Below, in pieces: positions 1-6,384 of a stretch of DNA of 64,000 bases. Origin of the DNA: a virus. A program made the translations under genes and the position numbers. Position 1 is the first letter of the stretch. Each line of letters starts with the position of its first letter. The DNA lies in the IMG/VR virus record IMGVR_UViG_3300032307_000516, positions 8,050 through 72,049 of that record; one strand, 5' to 3'. The notes beneath the pieces were generated by a model, which ran no database searches, was not told the origin of the DNA, and saw nothing but the letters and a program-made list of their open reading frames with translations.

Positions 1-1
1 T

Positions 2-211
2 TTTCAAAATGCAGAAGGTGAAGATACAACAATAGAAATTGCTGGCGCTTCTGAGCCAGAATATGTTGGAAGTTCAATGGTAAGCAATATCGAGATGATC
101 GAAGATTCAAGCTCTGACGGAAAAAAATATTCAATCGTTGGATATTACGATGAAGTGCCTGGTCAAGACGGTGAATATGAGCTTAAAAAAGTACTAGTAG
201 AAGAAATATAA
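2..211 (+). CDS. 3' end of hypothetical protein (truncated by window)
   Basis: Open frame from base 2 to TAA at 209-211 (FQNAEGED...VLVEEI). Confidence 0.7.
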   Translation, partial: FQNAEGEDTTIEIAGASEPEYVGSSMVSNIEMIEDSSSDGKKYSIVGYYDEVPGQDGEYELKKVLVEEI

Positions 212-213
212 TC

Positions 214-495
214 ATGTCAATCAGAGTCTATTCAGGATACGATGAATTTAAGTTCGAGGAAGAAGAAATCTGCGAATATTTAGAATCCGATTTCTCAGAT
301 TCAAACGATGATGATGAATCAGATGATGTATTTTTTTATACTGAATCTAAAATAGATTTTAGAGACGATGCTGATTTTTATATAATCTGTGATACAGAGG
401 ACGAGGAGACAGCAGAGGATATAGCTTCTTATTTAGGTAAGGCTAAAAAAATAAATTTAGAAGATTTTAGGAAATCATTTTTTTATATAAGATAA
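214..495 (+). CDS. acidic hypothetical protein
   Basis: 93-aa ORF, D/E-rich, follows previous ORF by 2 nt. Confidence 0.7.
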   Translation: MSIRVYSGYDEFKFEEEEICEYLESDFSDSNDDDESDDVFFYTESKIDFRDDADFYIICDTEDEETAEDIASYLGKAKKINLEDFRKSFFYIR

Positions 496-501
496 AATAT
501 C

Positions 502-539
502 TATATTTGTGAAACAAAACAACAAATAAGATATATAAA
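502..539 (+). promoter_or_regulatory. promoter region of tRNA operon 1 (TATATTTG; GAAAC-N17-ATATA; GATATATA)
   Basis: Bacteroidota -7 box TAnnTTTG at 502-509 plus two motifs that recur upstream of many genes in the window. Confidence 0.55.
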
Positions 540-545
540 GTTTAA

Positions 546-605
546 ATGAAAACAATACTTAACATATTACCTTCAATATTAAGACCGTCGATAAGACGAT
601 CCTAA
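546..605 (+). CDS. leader peptide 1 (MKTILNILPSILRPSIRRS)
   Basis: 19-codon uORF rich in ATA/TTA/CCN/TCN/AGA, matching downstream tRNAs; stop overlaps antiterminator. Confidence 0.85.
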   Translation: MKTILNILPSILRPSIRRS

Positions 606-670
606 AGGTCCTGTGTTAATAAAAAATAATCATTAACTAAACCGGGACCTTTAAAAGTCTCGGTTTTTTT
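603..670 (+). terminator. attenuator 1: antiterminator 603-613 / terminator 639-670
   Basis: AAACCGGGAC/GTCTCGGTTT hairpin plus U-tract; TAAAGGTCCTG can alternatively pair with CGGGACCTTTA (643-653). Confidence 0.85.
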
Positions 671-671
671 A

Positions 672-684
672 TGTTCTTTGACAT
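672..684 (+). promoter_or_regulatory. boxA-like antitermination element
   Basis: TGTTCTTTGACAT resembles rrn boxA (TGCTCTTTAACA); recurs before each tRNA block. Confidence 0.7.
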
Positions 685-700
685 GTTGGATTATCAAATT

Positions 701-787
701 GGAGAGGTGGCAGAGCCTGGTTTATTGCACCGGTCTTGAAAACCGACGTAGTGAAAGCTACCGGGGGTTCGAATCCCTCCCTCTCCG
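701..787 (+). tRNA. tRNA-Ser(TGA)
   Basis: Cloverleaf with long variable arm, anticodon loop CTTGAAA. Confidence 0.95.
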
Positions 788-792
788 CATTT

Positions 793-866
793 GGTCCGCT
801 AGCTCAGCTGGATAGAGCAACTGCCTTCTAAGCAGTAGGTCTCAGGTTCGAATCCTGAGCGGATCA
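793..866 (+). tRNA. tRNA-Arg(TCT)
   Basis: Cloverleaf, loop CTTCTAA. Confidence 0.95.
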
Positions 867-1033
867 CACAAATCCCTCTGCCTAGCGCTGGGTATGGATC
901 GAAGATAGAATATGCCTCTACACCGTAGACAGGTAGGATACCTCGGTATTCTTTAATGATATGCACACTTATTCTCCAAATCGTTGGTTGGCACAGTTTG
1001 TATGTTCTGGTGATACTTAAAGACATACAATTT

Positions 1034-1106
1034 CGGGATGTAGATCAGTTGGTAGATCGCCTGGTTTGGGACCAGGAGGCCCCAGGTTCGAGTCCTGGTA
1101 TCCCGA
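1034..1106 (+). tRNA. tRNA-Pro(TGG)
   Basis: Cloverleaf, loop TTTGGGA. Confidence 0.95.
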
Positions 1107-1109
1107 CTA

Positions 1110-1172
1110 CGGAGGCTGTAAAGTCAAACAGTGAAGAATTTAAAGGATGACATCTTTAAATCCCTCCGACCA
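1110..1172 (+). ncRNA. small three-way-junction RNA ending in ACCA
   Basis: CGGAGG/CCTCCG closing stem followed by ACCA; two internal hairpins. Confidence 0.5.
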
Positions 1173-1173
1173 T

Positions 1174-1247
1174 AGAGGCGTAGCTCAATTGGTTAGAGCA
1201 CATGCCTTATACGCATGCGGTCACGAGTTCGACTCTCGTCGTCTCTA
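1174..1247 (+). tRNA. tRNA-Ile(TAT)
   Basis: Cloverleaf, stem CATGC/GCATG, loop CTTATAC. Confidence 0.9.
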
Positions 1248-1251
1248 CTTA

Positions 1252-1325
1252 GGTCCCTTAGCTCAGTAGGTTAGAGCAACTGACTCATAATCAGTAGGTC
1301 CACGGTTCGAGCCCGTGAGGGACCA
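1252..1325 (+). tRNA. tRNA-Ile2(CAT), lysidine type
   Basis: Loop CTCATAA; body (GGTCCCTTAGCTCAG...) resembles bacterial Ile2; separate fMet and Met genes exist. Confidence 0.85.
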
Positions 1326-1416
1326 CAAAGATACGGATGAGATTTCTAAATCTCCTACTTACTTATGAAAAGAAGGATTCCGTAACTAATACCATATAGT
1401 AGTGATGGTATTGTCT

Positions 1417-1499
1417 GCCCGGATGTTGAAATAGGTAGACAAGACGGACTTAAAATCCGTTGGCCATTGGTCGTGAGGGTTCAAGTCCCTCTCCGGGTA
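1417..1499 (+). tRNA. tRNA-Leu(TAA)
   Basis: Cloverleaf with variable arm, loop CTTAAAA. Confidence 0.95.
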
Positions 1500-1504
1500 C
1501 AAAT

Positions 1505-1611
1505 ATAATAGTGGCAGAGAGGCTTAATGCTGAGCATACATAGAGTCTGGGAATGTGGTATGTATGATACCTATACACGGGGACTCGCAGGTTCGAATCC
1601 TGTCTATTATA
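1505..1611 (+). ncRNA. tRNA-like RNA with replaced anticodon arm
   Basis: Acceptor ATAATAG/CTATTAT, D arm, T arm GCAGG-TTCGAAT-CCTGT, 56-nt non-canonical centre. Confidence 0.6.
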
Positions 1612-1614
1612 TAT

Positions 1615-1719
1615 ATAGGAGTGGCGGAAGCGTGATCTTTGCAAAGGTCCGATAGATAGACGACAGGGTGTCATACCCGAGAATGAAAGTTCATATTGGT
1701 GCAAGTCCAATCTCCTGTA
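1615..1719 (+). ncRNA. tRNA-like RNA with D-loop insertion and aberrant anticodon arm
   Basis: Acceptor ATAGGAG/CTCCTGT, Leu-like TGGCGGAA...TAGACG, T arm ATTGG-TGCAAGT-CCAAT. Confidence 0.55.
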
Positions 1720-1743
1720 CTTTTTTGATATATATAAAGAATC

Positions 1744-2115
1744 ATGAGTGAACATATTAAGATATCAGGAATGGGTATAGAAATATACAAAAATGATATA
1801 CCAGGTGTAAGATGGAATAAAGCTCAGTCTTTTGCTCAGATTCTTGGAGATGGATGGAGATTACCAACTTTAGAAGAACTTGCTTTAATAAGATCAATAA
1901 GAAATATAGGTGATATAGGAAGATTTCCTGTAGAATATTCGGATTTTTCCGATTCATATTACTGGAGTAACGAAGAACGCGAATTTACTACTAAAAAAAT
2001 GATGGGAAGTAGTCTTAAAAGTACCTATGCTTACTTTTTTGATATGGCTGAAGGAACTTCTTCACACAATAAAAAGTCATACGAGCTTAGGGCTAGATTT
2101 GTTAGAGATATATAA
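1744..2115 (+). CDS. DUF1566/Lcl-like domain protein
   Basis: GWRLPTLEEL, YYWS and C-terminal RARFVR motifs. Confidence 0.7.
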   Translation: MSEHIKISGMGIEIYKNDIPGVRWNKAQSFAQILGDGWRLPTLEELALIRSIRNIGDIGRFPVEYSDFSDSYYWSNEEREFTTKKMMGSSLKSTYAYFFDMAEGTSSHNKKSYELRARFVRDI

Positions 2116-2118
2116 ATC

Positions 2119-2895
2119 ATGCCAACAACAAGAGCATTTGCATATAATCCAGCACAAGCAACAATTTCTGGAACTACAAATATAGGTACATTATGTGTAG
2201 GTGTATCTGCTTTAAATTACGGAGGAAATCCTGGTGGATTAACTTGGTGGATGGGTCCGGACGAGGATAATTCTTATGTTATAGCTAAGGATGTGCCAAC
2301 AGCAGACTTCCCTACTCCAGTAGGTAATGTTGGTAATGTACAATTTTGGAGATGTTCTAACAACAGCTCAGAATTCACTAATCTTGTTACATTAATAAGT
2401 GGTACTACACAAGCATCTGCTTCTGCTGCTCAATCGTGGCTATCAACAAATAATTATTGGACTAATTACACTAGCGGAGTAACTTTCTCACAACCTTTTG
2501 TAAATGGTACTGCACCAACAAATGCAGTAGAAACTGCTTGGAATACATTTAGAGCATCTTTAACAGGTTCTTATACACAATTTGTTGTATCTAATTCATT
2601 AGGGTTTAGTTTAACAGTAAGTCATGCTACTTCAGTACAGACTTTGGCAAATGCACTAAGAAATGCAACAAATAATACCTCGGTAACTATAAACAGCGTA
2701 GTTTGGAGAGTAGGAACAGGATGTGGAACTCCTAAAATAGGTGGGGTTGCTGTTGAATTTTCCAACGTAGCAAGCTGTAGTTCATCAAGTACTATAGCAT
2801 TTAGACCTATGATTAATAACTTAAACTGGGGAGGTATGGGTACAGGATCTACTGTAGGACAGGCTTCACAAACAATGACACTAACATTTAGCTAA
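2119..2895 (+). CDS. hypothetical protein, probably virion-associated (T/S/G/N-rich)
   Basis: 258-aa ORF preceded by GATATATA motif. Confidence 0.7.
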   Translation: MPTTRAFAYNPAQATISGTTNIGTLCVGVSALNYGGNPGGLTWWMGPDEDNSYVIAKDVPTADFPTPVGNVGNVQFWRCSNNSSEFTNLVTLISGTTQASASAAQSWLSTNNYWTNYTSGVTFSQPFVNGTAPTNAVETAWNTFRASLTGSYTQFVVSNSLGFSLTVSHATSVQTLANALRNATNNTSVTINSVVWRVGTGCGTPKIGGVAVEFSNVASCSSSSTIAFRPMINNLNWGGMGTGSTVGQASQTMTLTFS

Positions 2896-3047
2896 TGGAA
2901 ACTTATAGAATAATAGACTTAAGAGTAACCCCAAATGAAATAGTACCAGGTAAGGAATCTGTTACTTTAGAAGAGGGACAATTATGGATAGACGAGAACG
3001 GAGGAGATTGTCCATTGTGCGACTATACGCTATTAATCAATGAATAA
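2895..3047 (+). CDS. small hypothetical protein (50 aa, CxxC)
   Basis: TAATG overlap with upstream gene; METYRIIDL...DCPLCDYTLLINE. Confidence 0.55.
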   Translation: METYRIIDLRVTPNEIVPGKESVTLEEGQLWIDENGGDCPLCDYTLLINE

Positions 3048-3153
3048 ATGTAGATTTTTTAAAATAATTTGAAAAAAATACAAAAAACATTTTTTTAAAC
3101 GGGAACTTTTCCGTACTTTTGGAGTATATAATAAAAAAGGAACAAAACTTTCA

Positions 3154-3243
3154 ATGAAACACTTTTTAAATATCGAAATGGATCTTCAGCTTCTAAAAGG
3201 AGACGAACGTCTTGAGGATACAAATAAGTGTCAGAGGAAATAA
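3154..3243 (+). CDS. leader peptide 2 (MKHFLNIEMDLQLLKGDERLEDTNKCQRK)
   Basis: 29-codon uORF rich in GAR, GAY and CTN codons, matching downstream Glu/Asp/Leu(TAG) tRNAs. Confidence 0.8.
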   Translation: MKHFLNIEMDLQLLKGDERLEDTNKCQRK

Positions 3244-3293
3244 ATTTATATAAAGATATAATTTAAACCTCTGATAACCTCAGAGGTTTTTTT
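3229..3293 (+). terminator. attenuator 2: antiterminator 3229-3237 / terminator 3265-3293
   Basis: AAACCTCTGA/TCAGAGGTTT hairpin plus U-tract; TGTCAGAGG pairs alternatively with CCTCTGATA. Confidence 0.85.
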
Positions 3294-3301
3294 GTTTTAT
3301 A

Positions 3302-3314
3302 CGCTCTTTGAAAT
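3302..3314 (+). promoter_or_regulatory. boxA-like element
   Basis: CGCTCTTTGAAAT. Confidence 0.65.
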
Positions 3315-3317
3315 TAT

Positions 3318-3392
3318 GGTCCCTTCGTCTATCGGTTAGGACGTTAGGTTTTCATCCTAGAAAGAGGGGTTCGATTCCCCTAGGGACTACCA
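3318..3392 (+). tRNA. tRNA-Glu(TTC)
   Basis: Cloverleaf, loop TTTTCAT, encoded CCA. Confidence 0.95.
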
Positions 3393-3397
3393 GAAAA

Positions 3398-3471
3398 GGT
3401 CCTACAGTCCAGTTGGAGTGGACGCCGCCCTGTCACGGCGGAGATCGCGGGTTCGAGTCCCGCTAGGACCG
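3398..3471 (+). tRNA. tRNA-Asp(GTC)
   Basis: Cloverleaf, loop CTGTCAC. Confidence 0.95.
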
Positions 3472-3569
3472 CTAAAACTTATGCTACATAGAGCAAAGCA
3501 GAAAGGTACGATCTGGTACACTATGAAGTACAAATAGAAAGTCAGATCATAAGTTTTAAAAAATTATAT

Positions 3570-3642
<73 letters not shown>

Positions 3643-3856
3643 CTAATAAGTTATTTGAAATATTTGCGAAAAGTTCGATGGAATCAATTATAGGTCCAGG
3701 GCACAAATCCGTGTGAGGAATCCAATTGATAGAAGAACCTTCTACTGAGTAATGCACGTACACGTGATATCCATAGAAAAGTCCTAATAAGTTAAAGGCA
3801 AAGGAGTTGATAATACCGGTTAAAAACAACTTTATCTCTTTAGATAGCAAATAAAT

Positions 3857-3936
3857 GCCCTCGTGGTGGAATTGGTAGACACGCTAGACTTAGGATCTAG
3901 TGCGAAAGCGTGAGAGTTCGAGTCTCTCCGAGGGTA
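3857..3936 (+). tRNA. tRNA-Leu(TAG)
   Basis: Cloverleaf with variable arm, loop CTTAGGA. Confidence 0.95.
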
Positions 3937-3938
3937 CT

Positions 3939-4436
3939 ATGAAAGTTATATTTTTAGATTTTGATGGTGTTCTTAATCTTATACCTCAAGGACATGACTA
4001 TTACGGAGGGATTTTTCACCCTGAATTTGTCGGCAACCTAGGTAGGATTATAGAGGAAACTGGAGCAAAACTTGTGATAAGCTCTTCGTGGAGAACTATG
4101 GGATTGGAAAGACTTAGAATGATGTGGGAACATCGTTTATATCCAGGAGACATCATAGGAGTTACCCCAGATCTTAGATGGAGGACAAAAAAAGATGCTA
4201 TGGAATTAAACGAAGTCGAGTACGTTAGAGGAGATGAAATAGAGTCATGGCTAAATCTACATCCGGAGGTAACTAATTATGTTATACTTGACGATGATGA
4301 TGATATGTTACAATCACAAAGAATAAACTTTGTAAGAACATCTGATAATATTAATCATCCTGATTGCATTGATATAGGATACGGATTAACTAATATTTGT
4401 TCTAACGATGCAATTAGAATTTTAAACAGAAAATAA
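3939..4436 (+). CDS. HAD-superfamily phosphatase (HAD_SAK_2-like)
   Basis: MKVIFLDFDGVL, SSSWR, RGDEI, YVILDD motifs; start corrected to the ATG after tRNA-Leu. Confidence 0.85.
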   Translation: MKVIFLDFDGVLNLIPQGHDYYGGIFHPEFVGNLGRIIEETGAKLVISSSWRTMGLERLRMMWEHRLYPGDIIGVTPDLRWRTKKDAMELNEVEYVRGDEIESWLNLHPEVTNYVILDDDDDMLQSQRINFVRTSDNINHPDCIDIGYGLTNICSNDAIRILNRK

Positions 4437-5005
4437 TGAAAGTTATATTTTTAGATCATGATGGAGTAATTTGTCTTTCCCAGCAATTTGGTGGGCGTTA
4501 CAAAAAGCAGACTAAAGCTAGAACTAAGCTTTCTCAAAACGTGATGGATTTTCCAGTCGATGCTAGATTTGATAACTTCGATAAGAAAGCTATTAAAGTT
4601 CTAAACCTAATCTTAGAAGATACTGGAGCTGAAATAGTTGTTTCTTCTGATTGGAAGAACTGGGCAAATGTTGAAGAAATGGGCGAATATTACGAACAAC
4701 AAGGTATAATTAAAAAGCCTATTGATTTTACACCTAGAGAATACACAATGCCAGAGAAACAAGAATGGCATCCAGACTGGGATTTAGAAGCATCAAGAAC
4801 TTTAGAAATCCAAGAATGGCTAAAAGATCATCCAGAGGTTACTCATTGGGTAGCAATAGATGATTTAGATATGAGCTTTAAAGAGGTATCAAATAATAGA
4901 AGCGGTACTGGCTGGGGCTTAAAAAACTTTGTACACACCCCAAGTATCACTGAAGGGATTAAAAAAATGGGTATAAAAGAAAAAGTTTTAAAATTTTTAA
5001 AATAA
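4436..5005 (+). CDS. HAD-superfamily phosphatase (HAD_SAK_2-like), paralog
   Basis: FLDHDGV, SSDWK, WVAIDD motifs. Confidence 0.85.
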   Translation: MKVIFLDHDGVICLSQQFGGRYKKQTKARTKLSQNVMDFPVDARFDNFDKKAIKVLNLILEDTGAEIVVSSDWKNWANVEEMGEYYEQQGIIKKPIDFTPREYTMPEKQEWHPDWDLEASRTLEIQEWLKDHPEVTHWVAIDDLDMSFKEVSNNRSGTGWGLKNFVHTPSITEGIKKMGIKEKVLKFLK

Positions 5006-5088
5006 TTTCAAAAAACATTTTTTTATTTAAAAAATATATTGTACTTTTACGAAACTATTCTGGAAACAGGATATATAATTAAGAAAAA

Positions 5089-5196
5089 ATGAAAAACTGT
5101 AGTAAACATAACATCAATCGCATGAACAGTCAAATTAATGGCTGCTATCAAACGGTGGCGTTTTGGGCTAAGGGGAAAGAACCCGATCGAAGCTAA
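5089..5196 (+). CDS. leader peptide 3 (MKNCSKHNINRMNSQINGCYQTVAFWAKGKEPDRS)
   Basis: 35-codon uORF; first 30 codons use exactly the 16 amino acids whose tRNAs lie downstream. Confidence 0.88.
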   Translation: MKNCSKHNINRMNSQINGCYQTVAFWAKGKEPDRS

Positions 5197-5255
5197 TACA
5201 GAAAATCATAATTAGATATTTTGGAAAAGGCTTCGATTTAATCGAAGCCTTTTTT
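5185..5255 (+). terminator. attenuator 3: antiterminator 5185-5194 / terminator 5225-5255
   Basis: AAAAGGCTTCGAT/ATCGAAGCCTTTT hairpin plus U-tract; GATCGAAGCT pairs alternatively with GGCTTCGATT. Confidence 0.85.
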
Positions 5256-5258
5256 ATT

Positions 5259-5271
5259 TGTTCTTTGACAT
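5259..5271 (+). promoter_or_regulatory. boxA-like element
   Basis: TGTTCTTTGACAT, identical to 672-684. Confidence 0.7.
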
Positions 5272-5283
5272 ACTGGAAAAAAT

Positions 5284-5356
5284 GGTACCGTAGCTCAGTT
5301 GGTAGAGCACTAGACTGAAAATCTAGGTGTCGCCGGTTCGATTCCGGCCGGTACCA
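5284..5356 (+). tRNA. tRNA-Phe(GAA)
   Basis: Cloverleaf, loop CTGAAAA. Confidence 0.95.
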
Positions 5357-5427
5357 CAATACTAAACAAGAAATTGTCTCACTAAACTAATCATGTTTAG
5401 TATTACAAAAACAAGTTTAGTAACAAT

Positions 5428-5501
5428 GATCTCGTAGCTCAGTTGGCTAGAGCACCTCACTTTTAATGAGGGAGTCGAGGGTTCGAGCCCCTCCGGGATC
5501 A
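5428..5501 (+). tRNA. tRNA-Lys(TTT)
   Basis: Cloverleaf, loop CTTTTAA. Confidence 0.95.
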
Positions 5502-5507
5502 CTACAC

Positions 5508-5580
5508 ACGTCAGTAGCTCAATTGGTAGAGCGTTGGTCTCCAAAACCAAAGGTCGTAGGTTCGATTCCTACCTGGCGTG
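5508..5580 (+). tRNA. tRNA-Trp(CCA)
   Basis: Cloverleaf, loop CTCCAAA. Confidence 0.95.
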
Positions 5581-5586
5581 CTAAAA

Positions 5587-5659
5587 GGCTCTGTAGTTCA
5601 AGGGATTAGAATGGATCACTACGGATGATCTGATCCTGGTTCGAATCCAGGTGGAGTCT
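5587..5659 (+). tRNA. tRNA-Arg(ACG)
   Basis: Cloverleaf, loop CTACGGA. Confidence 0.9.
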
Positions 5660-5670
5660 CAAACAAATAA

Positions 5671-5742
5671 GGTCGTGTGGTCGAGTGGTTTAGGCACTAG
5701 TCTGCAAAACTAGTTATACTGGTTCAATTCCAGTCACGGCCT
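5671..5742 (+). tRNA. tRNA-Cys(GCA)
   Basis: Cloverleaf, loop CTGCAAA, U73. Confidence 0.92.
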
Positions 5743-5759
5743 CAAAAAATGTAAGAAGT

Positions 5760-5885
5760 ATGAAAATAGTTATTGAAGGAAAAATGAAATCGTCGAATCA
5801 CAGATTAAATGCGATTCCAGTTAAAATTGAAAGAAAAAATTCTCTAATCAAAAGAATCAAAAGATTGATTAATAAAGGAAAGTAA
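5760..5885 (+). CDS. small basic hypothetical protein (41 aa)
   Basis: MKIVIEGKMKSS...RLINKGK fills the spacer; stop lies inside tRNA-Ser(GCT). Confidence 0.4.
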   Translation: MKIVIEGKMKSSNHRLNAIPVKIERKNSLIKRIKRLINKGK

Positions 5886-5962
5886 TCTCAGATGGTGACG
5901 GGGCTCGCCTGCTAAGCGAAGCGTACCTTAATTGGTATTTGGTTCGATTCCAATTCTTTCCG
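5877..5962 (+). tRNA. tRNA-Ser(GCT)
   Basis: Loop CTGCTAA, long variable arm; slightly imperfect stems. Confidence 0.85.
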
Positions 5963-5968
5963 CAACAT

Positions 5969-6042
5969 TGACATATAGCTCAGTTGGTTAGAGCGTTGAT
6001 CTGATACGTCAAAGGTCGAAGGTTCGAATCCTTCTATGTCAA
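5969..6042 (+). tRNA. tRNA-Ile(GAT)
   Basis: Cloverleaf, loop CTGATAC. Confidence 0.93.
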
Positions 6043-6058
6043 CTTAAAAATTATAAAA

Positions 6059-6085
6059 ATGAAAAAAGAATTTGACAACTTGTAG
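6059..6085 (+). CDS. 8-aa uORF MKKEFDNL whose TAG lies in a hairpin
   Basis: A-rich leader, ATG...TTG TAG; CTTGTAGG/CCTACAAG hairpin abuts the ATG at 6106. Confidence 0.45.
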   Translation: MKKEFDNL

Positions 6086-6105
6086 GTTTAATTAAACCCT
6101 ACAAG

Positions 6106-6297
6106 ATGAGTAAAAACACAAACAGAGCAAAACTGAACAAAGCAATGAATGGTAGAGAACACAGAAACATTTTAAATAATGCTCTTTATCCTCCATACAG
6201 TGAATATGATCACACATGGTGGCATGGAAATTTATCCAATCACAAATGGAGATCATACAAAACCTGGAAACACAACAGAAAAACAAAATGGAAGTAA
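6106..6297 (+). CDS. small basic Trp/Lys-rich hypothetical protein
   Basis: 63-aa ORF ending WRSYKTWKHNRKTKWK. Confidence 0.65.
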   Translation: MSKNTNRAKLNKAMNGREHRNILNNALYPPYSEYDHTWWHGNLSNHKWRSYKTWKHNRKTKWK

Positions 6298-6308
6298 TTC
6301 CATTTTAC

Positions 6309-6381
6309 AGTCTCTTAGCTCAGTTGGTAGAGCGCTTGGTTTACATCCAAGATGTCGGGGGTTCGAGCCCCTCAGGGACTA
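6309..6381 (+). tRNA. tRNA-Val(TAC)
   Basis: Cloverleaf, loop TTTACAT. Confidence 0.95.
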
Positions 6382-6384
6382 CAA

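Noticed and set aside
1615-1719. Selenocysteine tRNA
   Set aside because: Lacks U33, the extended acceptor and the Sec-type D arm; no sel genes in window
3900-3938. N-terminal extension of the HAD ORF
   Set aside because: Lies inside tRNA-Leu(TAG); the paralog starts MKVIFLD, matching ATG 3939
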